Source: Candidatus Bathyarchaeia archaeon
GTDB lineage: Archaea > Thermoproteota > Bathyarchaeia > Bathyarchaeales > Bathycorpusculaceae
Direction: 5' to 3'
NCBI GenBank assembly: GCA_050010515.1
Contig: JBEKKX010000006.1
Coordinates: forward strand, 1-64,000
DNA: 64,000 bases
Shown here piece by piece: positions 10,373 through 19,627 of this stretch. Every line of letters begins with the position of its first letter. Positions within the stretch are counted from its first letter, which is position 1. The notes under the pieces are model-generated. The model was not told the origin of the DNA. It did no database searches and worked only from the letters and a program-made list of their open reading frames with translations. A program made the translations under genes and the position numbers.

Positions 10373-10421
10373 TCCATTACGCCTTGGAAAGAAAGTTTGC
10401 AGTTTTAGAAGATAAAAGTTG

Positions 10422-11423
10422 CTATTTTCTGCGGTCTATGATCTCCATTGCTTCAGGTCCAGTGCCAATTAAAACGACAGGCACTCCTGTTTTGTTTTCA
10501 ACTTCCTCTACGAAGTCTTTTGCTTCCTTTGGCAGGTCACTGTATTGTTTGGCACCTCTGCAGTTTGGGAAAAGGCTATCCAGTTTTGTCATTGCCGCTT
10601 GTGTGGCACCGTTTATCTTAGCGGTTTTCTTTGCTAACTCAAAATCAAATGGTGCTGAGCGTCTGTCTCTGCCTGTTCCAGCTGCCACTTCAAACCAGCC
10701 TCTTTTCTGCGCTTCCTCTTTTGTTATTTCTCCAGGTAACGGTCCGGCGCCAACTCTTGTTATGAATGATTTATAAACTATTAGAACATCGTCAACTCTT
10801 GTTGGTCCGACTCCTGCTTCTGAGGCGATGGCTGATGCGCCTGTATCTCTTCCAGTCACGTATGGGTAACCGCCGCTCAAGAACAGTGATAACATGAAGC
10901 CTTGTGTGCCTTCAAGAAGCACTTTTTTGCCTTCATCTAAGCCATCGTTGACTTCTTTCACTTGGTCAGTAAGGTACGGCTTCAACTCAGGGATGTCTTT
11001 GGCTAGTTTCGCTGTCCGTCGGACGCGTTCTTCAATGGCTGGTCCAACGCCCCAACCTGTGGTTCCAATACCTTTGTTGACGGCGCTTGCCTTGTCTTGG
11101 GCGCTGTGCTTTTCCTCAATTATTGAGGCGTTCTGGTCTACTCCTATTCTGCCCTGCACTTTTGTGAGTTCTACTTCTTCAAAAAATTTCTGAACATGGA
11201 TGTTTGCACCTGCCGCAATGAGCAGGCGTGTTTGAGGGTTTAAGAAGGCTGCGGGAACCATGTGTAAAGCGTATTTTTTGCCTTCGTACCAGACGGTGTG
11301 TGCTGCGTTTACTGAGCCGGTTCTGACGCAGAAATCAAGTTTGTCTTTGAGGGCTAAATAAGAGATTATTTTTCCTTTGCCTTCGTCTCCCCAGAAGGCA
11401 CCGACAATTACCGTGCAAGGCAT
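10422..11423 (-). CDS. purA: adenylosuccinate synthetase (short archaeal type)
   Basis: GAFWGDEGKGK, NAAHTV, EGTQG, TRVGAGP motifs. Confidence 0.96.
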   Translation of the reverse strand: MPCTVIVGAFWGDEGKGKIISYLALKDKLDFCVRTGSVNAAHTVWYEGKKYALHMVPAAFLNPQTRLLIAAGANIHVQKFFEEVELTKVQGRIGVDQNASIIEEKHSAQDKASAVNKGIGTTGWGVGPAIEERVRRTAKLAKDIPELKPYLTDQVKEVNDGLDEGKKVLLEGTQGFMLSLFLSGGYPYVTGRDTGASAIASEAGVGPTRVDDVLIVYKSFITRVGAGPLPGEITKEEAQKRGWFEVAAGTGRDRRSAPFDFELAKKTAKINGATQAAMTKLDSLFPNCRGAKQYSDLPKEAKDFVEEVENKTGVPVVLIGTGPEAMEIIDRRK

Positions 11424-11475
11424 TTCAATTTCACCGTTGACAAGTCATCTCAAGAATTATTTAAACATAGGGCAT

Positions 11476-11670
11476 CTAACACGGCTTATTTTCACTTTTT
11501 CGTTTCTTTTCTTCGTTTATCAGTTGAGCTAAAGTGTATGTAACATAGGCTGAGAAACTATGAATGCCTTTTTTAATTACGTATTCCTCTTTGATCTTAA
11601 GCCACTCGTTAAAAAAGTAATCATAAACTTCAGCCTTTACAGTGATGCTTTTAAAGCCTTTTTTCGGCGT
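11476..11670 (-). CDS. small RHH-like protein (64 aa), ACG at the expected start
   Basis: Hand translation: (T/M)PKKGFKSITVKAEVYDYFFNEWLKIKEEYVIKKGIHSFSAYVTYTLAQLINEEKKRKSENKPC; GGGGGA SD-like upstream; no canonical start codon in frame. Confidence 0.55.
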   Translation of the reverse strand, partial: TPKKGFKSITVKAEVYDYFFNEWLKIKEEYVIKKGIHSFSAYVTYTLAQLINEEKKRKSENKPC

Positions 11671-11758
11671 TTTGTTTCCCCCTTAAGTTAGTTAGCGAAA
11701 GTACATTTATATAAGGTTTCTCAATACTGCTGAATTCACCGTTAATTATATATTCAAT

Positions 11759-11774
11759 CGTACTGTAAAGTACG
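11759..11774. promoter_or_regulatory. palindromic operator candidate CGTACT-GTAA-AGTACG
   Basis: Perfect 6-bp arms between a TATA-like tract and the TTG start at 11794. Confidence 0.4.
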
Positions 11775-11793
11775 GAAGTGGGGATTGGGAGTT

Positions 11794-11940
11794 TTGCCAC
11801 GAAAAGGCTACAAATGCATAACAGTCACAGAAAAAGTTCATGCAGATATCAGAAAAAAAGCAGCGGAAACCAACCTTACTATGAGAGGATACGTTGAATA
11901 CTTGATTGCTAAGGATAAAGTTGCAAAAGAAGGAAAATAA
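11794..11940 (+). CDS. small RHH-like protein (48 aa)
   Basis: Hand translation MPRKGYKCITVTEKVHADIRKKAAETNLTMRGYVEYLIAKDKVAKEGK; strand-helix-helix pattern; GGGAG upstream. Confidence 0.65.
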   Translation: MPRKGYKCITVTEKVHADIRKKAAETNLTMRGYVEYLIAKDKVAKEGK

Positions 11941-12137
11941 TTGTGCCCATTAAGGTCCTTCAATCTAACGACCGCGTTGCTGAAGTACAATTTATATGTG
12001 ATTGCTGTGGCAAACTAGTAAGAACCAGTGTAATAACAAGGCAGGAAGCTGACGCTAAAAAAGACACAAAAATAACTTGCTGCCAATGCAAACATACCCA
12101 AAACAGCAAGAATTAACCCCTGATTTTTAAAAGAAGC

Positions 12138-12518
12138 TTAAGAACGCCTGTTTGCCGCTTCGTTATCGATTCTCTCTAAAAGTCTAATCACTATTTTGCC
12201 CTTTAGTTTTTTTTCTTTTTCTGTAATGGTGTTTCGTGAATCGCAGATATCGTCTAAAATTATTCCTTTTTCTTCATCCAGTATAACAGGGTATACTCGA
12301 CAGCCTGAAGGCCTATCAACGTAAACGTTGCATTGGCATTTTTTGGGGTTGTAGAAAACGCAGTAGCCTTCTCGGTTTTTGAGTTGTGCATAGCCTTGCC
12401 TGTCATATTTTACGAAGTAGTTTTTGCTGAAGCCTTTCTTTTCTAACCGTGCGATGTCTTTTTCGGATAGAAGCATTTCAGTTTCTGTACAACAGATACC
12501 GCAGTTTGAGCAACGCAT
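12138..12518 (-). CDS. YkgJ family cysteine-cluster protein
   Basis: CxxCGxCC...CVFY...CNVY..RP.GC.VYP. Confidence 0.85.
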   Translation of the reverse strand: MRCSNCGICCTETEMLLSEKDIARLEKKGFSKNYFVKYDRQGYAQLKNREGYCVFYNPKKCQCNVYVDRPSGCRVYPVILDEEKGIILDDICDSRNTITEKEKKLKGKIVIRLLERIDNEAANRRS

Positions 12519-12573
12519 AAGCTTGAAGTGTTTTGGCTTGTATTTTTGTTTTTATGCTTCTTTTAGTAACATT

Positions 12574-12810
12574 TTAGGCGGCTCTTTGCAGTAAATTTGA
12601 ATTTAACAGTTCAGCCCAAGCGACGTTTCTTAATGGTATACGGGTGGTTCTGCGGTTTCCGTATGGAGTGTACTCGATTAGACTGTTTTTCCCTGAGCCC
12701 TTATGGATTCCGATTAATTGCACATTTATTATCACGGCACCATCTTTTAAGTGCAGGTTAACGTTTTTTCCAATGTAAGATTTGGCGCTGTTAACGCTGA
12801 AGTTCTCCAT
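12574..12810 (-). CDS. small hypothetical protein, possible Sm-like fold
   Basis: IGKNVNLHLKDG..I pattern resembles the Sm1 motif. Confidence 0.65.
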   Translation of the reverse strand: MENFSVNSAKSYIGKNVNLHLKDGAVIINVQLIGIHKGSGKNSLIEYTPYGNRRTTRIPLRNVAWAELLNSNLLQRAA

Positions 12811-12817
12811 TGCCTTT

Positions 12818-12955
12818 TCACCATTCTTGTTCTTGGTCAGCTATTTTGATCCAGCATTGTTGGCAGATGGGCAATTTTTCGCCTTTTATCTCAATGTATA
12901 GTTTGATGTTTTCGTTTTTACAGTCGTCTTTCCAAGGGTTTTTACAATGCTCCAT
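12818..12955 (-). CDS. 45-aa Cys4 microprotein
   Basis: Hand translation MEHCKNPWKDDCKNENIKLYIEIKGEKLPICQQCWIKIADQEQEW; GAGGT SD; stop lies 7 nt before the next gene. Confidence 0.7.
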   Translation of the reverse strand: MEHCKNPWKDDCKNENIKLYIEIKGEKLPICQQCWIKIADQEQEW

Positions 12956-13188
12956 GTATCTTACCTCTGAAATACCGCTTTAGCATTTAGCGCTTTTAAG
13001 GTGGTTGCAGAAACTACTGTTTGAAGCAGGGGAGGGGTGAGTGAAAGTAAAACTTTTGGCGCTTTCAAGGCTTAAAGGGCTGCTTTAAGAAAAAAAGGTT
13101 TATGCTTTGGACAATGATATTTTGGCTTGCGCCGCTATTTTTTTGGAATCGTGTTGTATACTATCTTGTATTGGGCGGTTCTATTGAG

Positions 13189-13731
13189 TTAAAGGTTAAT
13201 TATTTGCGGCGTTATGGTTTCCTTTGTTATTTTTAGCAATCCAACAGATGGTTTATGCATGAAAGATGCTGGGTCAGTGGGGCTTCCAGGGTTAATAAAG
13301 AGATTTTTTTCTTCCCATTTTATTTTGGAAGCATGCGTATGCCCATAAACAAAAACGTTGAAACCATTCTCTTTAGCTATTTTCACCATCTTACCTGAAC
13401 CTTGAAGAACGTTCGGATTATGCATTACGCCTATTTTCCAATCGAAAATTTTAAGTGAATTAAGCTCAGGTAAAGCAGCGCTGACTTCTTGATCATCCAT
13501 GCTGCCATGAACCGCTAAAACTGGTGCAATCTGTTCTAATTCGTCAATTACTGATAATTCCACTAAGTCGCCAGCGTGTATAATGAAATCTGCATCCTTT
13601 AAGACCTCGAAAACTTTTTTGGGAATACACATGGCTCTTTTAGGGATATGAGTATCAGAGATTAACCCGATGATTTTAGCGGCTTCGAAACTTGCCGTCT
13701 CTCGATTAGTTATTGTTTGCATGCTGGTCAT
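13189..13731 (-). CDS. YfcE/MJ0936-family metallophosphoesterase
   Basis: ISDTH, HAGD, GHTH, NPGS motifs. Confidence 0.9.
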   Translation of the reverse strand: MTSMQTITNRETASFEAAKIIGLISDTHIPKRAMCIPKKVFEVLKDADFIIHAGDLVELSVIDELEQIAPVLAVHGSMDDQEVSAALPELNSLKIFDWKIGVMHNPNVLQGSGKMVKIAKENGFNVFVYGHTHASKIKWEEKNLFINPGSPTDPASFMHKPSVGLLKITKETITPQIINL

Positions 13732-13920
13732 TTTGCGGTTGACACCAAAGTGGCGCTATCTTAGTTGTTAGAATGGGTAAGTATAAAAATTTTACATTTC
13801 AAGAACTTTTGAGCATTTTAGAGTTACAGGGCACCCTTCTTTTTCTCCACGGCAAGGTATCTCCAAAAAAATAAAAGGTAAATTGGGCGGTGAGCAAATA
13901 CTAAGAAAGCTTGCTTAATG

Positions 13921-15279
13921 TTAGCTCATGAACCTTTTCACGGTTTCATAGAGCACACTTGTTCCGTAAACAAGGTTTTCTATAGTTATTCGCTCGTCGA
14001 TGCCGTGCATTCGTTTATTTAATTGATCGTTTGGTTCATCTGGAATCATTGGTTGGAAACCATAGCATATGCTGCCTTTTTCTCTAAAGAATCGTGAATC
14101 CGTTCCGCCAGTGGCTAGTGTTGGTGTTACTCCGCAGTTGGGTTCAAATTCTCTAAGAACACTTGTGATGGTACTGTAAAGTGGTGTTTCTGTTGATGAT
14201 TCAGAACCGTCATGCACTTGAAGAAACTCAAAAGTCAATTTTTCTAAGCCCACATCTTCGAGCAAACCTTTGATTAAATCAATTGTTTTAACCACATTTT
14301 GCCCAGGAAGTATTCTGCAGTCAAATACTACGTCGCATTCTGAAGGTATAATGTTCTCTTTGACACCGCCATGAATCATAGTTGGTGTAATAGTCATTTT
14401 AGTCCGCGGTCTAATTTCCTCAGCCAAAGCTCTGTCTTTTTTTGCTAACTCATCTAATATTTGTTCGCTTTGCTTGGGATTGGCAAGTAAACGTGCAAAC
14501 GGCTCATTAAGCTCGGGATTATGCTTTGCTATTTCAGCAAGATACTGCTTAAGTGTGGGAATATACATGGTTTCCGGCTGGTAATTTCCAAGTTTATCGA
14601 TGACTTTGTATATGCGCATAATAGCGTTATCAGCTGTGTTTGGAGTAGAACCGTGACCTGGAGTTCCTTTTGCTTTTATTTTAAGCCATAAAATTCCTTT
14701 TTCTGCCGTCTGCACCGTAAAGACGTTTCCTTTTTCTGTTGGAACAGCCAGTCCTCCGCCTTCATTAAGCACGTATGGGCACCAAATTTTTTCTCGGTAA
14801 TTCTGCAGAAGGTAGCCTGCCCCTTCTTCACCCCCTTTTTCTTCATCTGCAGTAGCTGCCAAAACGACATCGCCTTTAAGTTTGACATTATTTTTCTTTA
14901 AAAGCTCCATGACTAGCACTTCGCTGGCTGTCATGCTTTTCATGTCTATGGCTCCCCTGCCATAAACGTAATCGTCCTTAATTGTGCCGGCAAACGGGTC
15001 AACGGTCCATTCGTTTGGGTTAGCTGCAACCACATCAAGATGCGACAGTAAAAGGAGGCTGGGCTTTTCACCTGTTCCCTTAAGCCGTGTGATTACGCTG
15101 CCTCTTCCGGGCGCTGACTCGATAATTTCTGTCTTGAATCCTTCATTAGCTAAGTACTGTGCTAAGTAAGTGGCTGCTTGGGTTTCGTTTCCTGGCGGAT
15201 TTGTTGTATCTATCCGTATTAACTCTCTAAGCAATTGAGTGACTTCTTGCTTTACCGCATTTAAAATTTGAGGTGGCAT
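13921..15279 (-). CDS. M20 family metallopeptidase/deacylase
   Basis: SHLDVV, GRGAIDMK, DEEKGG, GGTD, MHG motifs. Confidence 0.92.
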   Translation of the reverse strand: MPPQILNAVKQEVTQLLRELIRIDTTNPPGNETQAATYLAQYLANEGFKTEIIESAPGRGSVITRLKGTGEKPSLLLLSHLDVVAANPNEWTVDPFAGTIKDDYVYGRGAIDMKSMTASEVLVMELLKKNNVKLKGDVVLAATADEEKGGEEGAGYLLQNYREKIWCPYVLNEGGGLAVPTEKGNVFTVQTAEKGILWLKIKAKGTPGHGSTPNTADNAIMRIYKVIDKLGNYQPETMYIPTLKQYLAEIAKHNPELNEPFARLLANPKQSEQILDELAKKDRALAEEIRPRTKMTITPTMIHGGVKENIIPSECDVVFDCRILPGQNVVKTIDLIKGLLEDVGLEKLTFEFLQVHDGSESSTETPLYSTITSVLREFEPNCGVTPTLATGGTDSRFFREKGSICYGFQPMIPDEPNDQLNKRMHGIDERITIENLVYGTSVLYETVKRFMS

Positions 15280-15354
15280 TATTTTTTCGAAGCTCCTGTA
15301 TGTGTCTAGGCGTTTTTTCTCTTAAGAGTATCTATTACAATGTTACTGTTGCCC

Positions 15355-15389
15355 TGTTCAACTGGAACGATTTTTTGTTTATTGAACAA
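15355..15389. promoter_or_regulatory. inverted repeat TGTTCAA...TTGAACA in the divergent M20/Lrp promoter region
   Basis: Arms at 15355-15361 and 15382-15388, just upstream of a TTTATATA box. Confidence 0.3.
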
Positions 15390-15423
15390 TGATGTTTATA
15401 TATGATGCTAAAATCGCTATTGA

Positions 15424-15948
15424 ATGATAAAGTTGGTTGCAATGAAAGAACTTAAACCTATAGATTACAAAATATTGTTTGAATTAATGAAGGATTCTCA
15501 TAGAAGCGATAGGCAACTAGCAAAATCCCTAGGTGTTTCCCAACCTACGGTGACCCGAAGAAGAGCTATGCTTGAAGAAAACTTCATAGAAGGATACACT
15601 GTTATACCAAAGTTTGGTCAAATCGGGTTTGAAATAGCAGCTTTCACATTTTTGAAAAGCAAACTTAAATTTAAAACAGGTGAGGAAAAAACTCAAGCTT
15701 TACAGAAAATGAAGGACTGGTACATGAAGCAATCCAATGTGATTCTTGTTTTGGACGGAAGAGGAATGGGTTGGGATGCTGTCTGCGTTTCGCTCCATGA
15801 AAACTTCTCAAATTTCGCTGAGTTCATAAGAGCGCATGATTCAGAACTGTCTGAGTGGGTAGTTGAAAGCCAAACTTTCCATGCTGATTTGAAAGCTGGA
15901 ATCACAATCAAGCCATTCCACCTTAAATATTTGACAGCACCAAAATAA
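15424..15948 (+). CDS. Lrp/AsnC family transcriptional regulator
   Basis: N-terminal wHTH (IDYKILFEL..DSHRSDRQLAKSLGVSQPTVTRR). Confidence 0.88.
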   Translation: MIKLVAMKELKPIDYKILFELMKDSHRSDRQLAKSLGVSQPTVTRRRAMLEENFIEGYTVIPKFGQIGFEIAAFTFLKSKLKFKTGEEKTQALQKMKDWYMKQSNVILVLDGRGMGWDAVCVSLHENFSNFAEFIRAHDSELSEWVVESQTFHADLKAGITIKPFHLKYLTAPK

Positions 15949-16405
15949 ATCAGCATAAACTGCCTTACTTTTAAAGCGTAAGACGGTTAACACGCTCTCC
16001 TTGCATTTTATTTCCTTTTTTTCAAAATATTTGCCAAATATCTGCTTTCTGTCGGATCAGGGTAGCCTTTTTGCTTGGTAATTTAACTACCAAAAAGAGT
16101 ACCCCTTCAGGTTAGCCAGCTTTTCAAACGAGCCTTTGCATGTTGTTGACGAAAACGCATGGTTAAAAAATGCATTTCCTTAGCTAAATTTTTAAAAAAG
16201 TGGGCAAACTCGAAGCTTATCAATGGTTCATCTTTGTTTTATTTTCTTTAGCAACCGCTTTTTAGGAAGCTTCGGTTTCTTTGTTCTCGAGGTCTCTACA
16301 GCCAAACCGATCAACCCGTCTTTTAATCAGTTGTTGACTGCATATAAGGTTTGATATGTTTTTTGCTTAGGGAAGTTAAATTGTGAACAATAAGTTTAAT
16401 GTTTT

Positions 16406-16543
16406 GTGGTTGGAGGGCAGGTTTGTGTGTGTTGGCTACTCATTGCCATCCGTCATCGAGGAGAAAGGAGAAGGCTTCGAAAACGGAAAAATTCTTTTGG
16501 CTTGAGTGGTTTAGCCTTCAACCTTAACTTACCCTCCAATCAC
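16406..16543 (+). ncRNA. candidate structured ncRNA (nested long hairpin)
   Basis: Five nested complementary segments with G-U pairs in a convergent intergenic region; no known family recognised. Confidence 0.4.
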
Positions 16544-16630
16544 TAACAAGACTCAAGATACTGCAAGAATACTTAAAAGAATTATGAATCAAAAATAAGG
16601 ATTAAAAATATGAGGAAAAAAAATATTAGC

Positions 16631-17194
16631 TTACCCTATCGCTAAAACGCCTTCCAAAATATTTGTTTCAGGGACATCCAGTTGCTTAGACAACCATGCC
16701 TTCAGAATAGAAGAAAACTTTGGAAGTGCACCATTATAAGTGATAATTTGGTTACCCTTAAGCGCATCAGCTTGGAAAACCTTCTCATCTTCCTTATAGC
16801 AAAAAGACAACGTTTGAGCTTGGAAAGCTAAAGTTTGAAAATCTTCCCACTGCTTGCACCGCAAAATCACGGAAGGTTTACCCTGAAGCACCGGAACAGG
16901 TGCAGTTTGACTTGTTTGCTCTTTGACTGCTGCAGGAAGTGCTTCTTTGGGTGTGCTGGGTGTGCTGCTTGACATGTAGGTGATCAAGTTTGTTACTTCT
17001 TTCTGTAGACTGTTTATTTTTTCTTCAACTTTTTCTACTTTACCACTTAATTCGCCTGTGTCTCCAAGTTGCTCGGTAACCGTTGCCAACTCATTAATCA
17101 ATTTGTCTAAATCTTTCTCATGTTCTTTGAGAACGTTTACTATGAAGTCTAAAGCCTCTAATGAATCATCCTTTGACTGTGGATTCTTCGCCAA
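16631..17194 (-). CDS. hypothetical protein with N-terminal coiled coil
   Basis: 187-aa ORF: heptad pattern, linker, globular C-terminal domain. Confidence 0.75.
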   Translation of the reverse strand: MAKNPQSKDDSLEALDFIVNVLKEHEKDLDKLINELATVTEQLGDTGELSGKVEKVEEKINSLQKEVTNLITYMSSSTPSTPKEALPAAVKEQTSQTAPVPVLQGKPSVILRCKQWEDFQTLAFQAQTLSFCYKEDEKVFQADALKGNQIITYNGALPKFSSILKAWLSKQLDVPETNILEGVLAIG

Positions 17195-17458
17195 TCTATA
17201 TATCCCTCATGCCTGCCAACTCATTATGAGGAGACTGTAAATAAAGATAGCGAATCCTCAAGCAATATCACAGTAACGGCATACCTATAACTATTAAGAA
17301 TCATTCTTTCTAATATATGATGATTTACGATACTATATGACGGTTTACGATACCATGTTTGCGTTTCCCCCGCCTGCCCACACAAATAAAGTAGCCTACT
17401 GCCACCAACGCTATGGTCATTCCAACGGCATTTCCATATACAACCACAAGTGGAAAGC

Positions 17459-18568
17459 CTAAGCTTGAACCTCAGGACTGGAACCTGGAGGCATGGATGC
17501 TTCAGGTACAGGTTGAGGTGCAGGTTGCGTAACATCTGTTGGAGGTGCAACTGGTTCAGTGCTGACCTCGTTTTTAGGGGAGCATTGGGTTGTGGTTAAA
17601 AACTCCTCACTGGGTTTTAATTGCTGTTTTAGTTGTTCCTTGAAAATTTCTCGGCTGCGCTCAATAACGCTTTCTCTATTGCTATCAACATCGATTTTAT
17701 TGATGGTGCTCTTTAGCTCATCAATGTTAACTTTGAAGTTAGTCTCGGCAGCTAAATTCTGCAGGACGCTTTCAAGCTGACTGATTTCTTCCTTGTTTTC
17801 TTTGTCTCCAACAACCTTGCCGAGTAAAAGGTCGTTTAACATGAAATACGCTGAAATCACTGCTTTCGCATCCTGAAAGTTCGGATGATTCTCTTTAAAT
17901 TCATCATCAACGCTTAAGCCGTGAAAGTACCCGTACGCCGCTTTTAAGATGCTGTAGGCTTCGTTTGAGGCTTCTTTTGGAATCTGGCTTTTTACGGCGG
18001 AAGAAATTTTTGAAAAGTCCAAGTTAAAAGGCGGCATCGTTTGCCCCAAGAAACTCAGGTTCTCACCAAAATCGTTGGAGTAGCCTTCTATCCGTTGCCA
18101 ATTTATTCGCTTCGCCTGCAAGCCAATCAGGACATCAAACGAATGGTCAATGATGCCTACTGAAGTGTTAATTACCCCTAACAACTCGTTTCGTCTCAGA
18201 GAGGCTTTCTCCTCTTTCTCGTTGTTCTCCTTAGATTTCCGTTGATCCTCAAGATGGTCCGCAAGCATTCCGTTAACTTGACCGACCAATTTACCAAATA
18301 AATCGGTCTTTTCCTTGGTGAAAAACGCGTCAGTAACACCCTTCCACGTTACGCTTAACTGGTTCCCAAAATTCTCAATGTGTGTTATCTCATAAACTGG
18401 AATTTCCTTGACGACAATCCATTGTTTTTTACCCAAACCTTTGGCAACAAAAAACTTTACTGTGCTGTCAGAAACCTCAACTTTAGCTACCTGAATACCC
18501 TTCTGCTTTTTTTTCGGCGGGTCCTCTTGACCTGCAGAATCGCTAGATTGCTTTCTCTTAAGTCTCAT
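17459..18568 (-). CDS. hypothetical protein
   Basis: 369-aa ORF; beta-rich N-terminal domain, helical body, P/T-rich tail. Confidence 0.7.
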   Translation of the reverse strand: MRLKRKQSSDSAGQEDPPKKKQKGIQVAKVEVSDSTVKFFVAKGLGKKQWIVVKEIPVYEITHIENFGNQLSVTWKGVTDAFFTKEKTDLFGKLVGQVNGMLADHLEDQRKSKENNEKEEKASLRRNELLGVINTSVGIIDHSFDVLIGLQAKRINWQRIEGYSNDFGENLSFLGQTMPPFNLDFSKISSAVKSQIPKEASNEAYSILKAAYGYFHGLSVDDEFKENHPNFQDAKAVISAYFMLNDLLLGKVVGDKENKEEISQLESVLQNLAAETNFKVNIDELKSTINKIDVDSNRESVIERSREIFKEQLKQQLKPSEEFLTTTQCSPKNEVSTEPVAPPTDVTQPAPQPVPEASMPPGSSPEVQA

Positions 18569-18723
18569 TTTGCATCTATCTTTAATTGATTTTTCAATTT
18601 ATAAACCAATGCATTAAACGCTGCTAAAGTTAGCTGCAACTTGATACTTTTAAGGAAGCTTACATGGCTCTTTAGCCTAGCGATTTGTGTGTGCACAACC
18701 TACCCTCCTAGTCTACTAGATGC

Positions 18724-18765
18724 TTCTAATATGCTTCAAATATGATTCAACATAGTTCAACATAG
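18724..18765. repeat. four imperfect tandem 10-11-bp repeats
   Basis: TTCTAATATGC TTCAAATATGA TTCAACATAG TTCAACATAG, in a divergent promoter region. Confidence 0.55.
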
Positions 18766-18871
18766 AAGTAATTCCCGCACTTTCTACATGAAACAGTGCT
18801 CTTTTTACATGTGAAGAGTTTAGTTACGTTGGTTTTAGACAAGGTTTTAGAACATTCCCGAGTAAGTAGTC

Positions 18872-19210
18872 TTGAAGGCGGAGTTCATGAGCAAAACGGG
18901 TTTTGTACCATCCATAAAAGAGAGCGAACTCAAGGAAGGCCACATGAAACCCGTGCGTGTCAGGGGCAGGCCTATTTTGCTGGTGCGGCAAGGCGGCGAA
19001 GTTTTTGGAGTGTCAAACCTTTGCCCGCATGAGGGGTGCTCTTTTGAAGGAGGAATCCTGAAAGGTTACGTGGTTATGTGTCCATGTCATGGCTGGAAGT
19101 TTGATGTGCGAAATGGGCAATACCAAGAAATCCCGCAAGTAAAGCTGTTGAGCTACCGATGCAAAATCGAAAACGGAAAAATATACATTGAAATCAAAAA
19201 CAATGAATAG
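18872..19210 (+). CDS. Rieske [2Fe-2S] ferredoxin
   Basis: CPHEG...CPCHGWKFD motifs; start may be ATG 18887. Confidence 0.92.
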   Translation: MKAEFMSKTGFVPSIKESELKEGHMKPVRVRGRPILLVRQGGEVFGVSNLCPHEGCSFEGGILKGYVVMCPCHGWKFDVRNGQYQEIPQVKLLSYRCKIENGKIYIEIKNNE

Positions 19211-19314
19211 TACGTTTCGGATTCGACTCAAGCTCTTGGACATGTTAAATACCCGATTTTCTGGAGCTGATGAGAAAGTGAGTCACAATGTTAAAAACTA
19301 TTGAAAAGTTAGGA

Positions 19315-19620
19315 TTAAATGTGTTTTTGTGGCTTCCATGTGCAGTTGATTGCTTTGTTCTCGCAGGCTAATACGCATGGAGCGTTGTTGGTTTCGGGTT
19401 TGCAGGAAGAGCAAGTGTACTTTATTTTTTTCCGATGCTCCTCCACAACTGACGCTACAGTTTTATCTTCAAGGTCAATAAGCATAGCCTCTATCTGAAG
19501 AGCAGATTGGGAACACTGCTTAACGCATTTGCCACAGCCACTGCACTTGTCTGTGTCAATAGTTATATAATACTCGCCTGAACCATCACTGTAGCCATAA
19601 TGCGTAATAATAGCCCTCAC
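19315..19620 (-). CDS. 4Fe-4S ferredoxin (BzdM-like)
   Basis: HYGYSDGSGEYYITIDTDKCSGCGKCVKQC...CSSC..PCVLAC; GTG start at 19620 after GGAGA SD. Confidence 0.85.
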   Translation of the reverse strand: MRAIITHYGYSDGSGEYYITIDTDKCSGCGKCVKQCSQSALQIEAMLIDLEDKTVASVVEEHRKKIKYTCSSCKPETNNAPCVLACENKAINCTWKPQKHI

Positions 19621-19627
19621 TCTCCGT

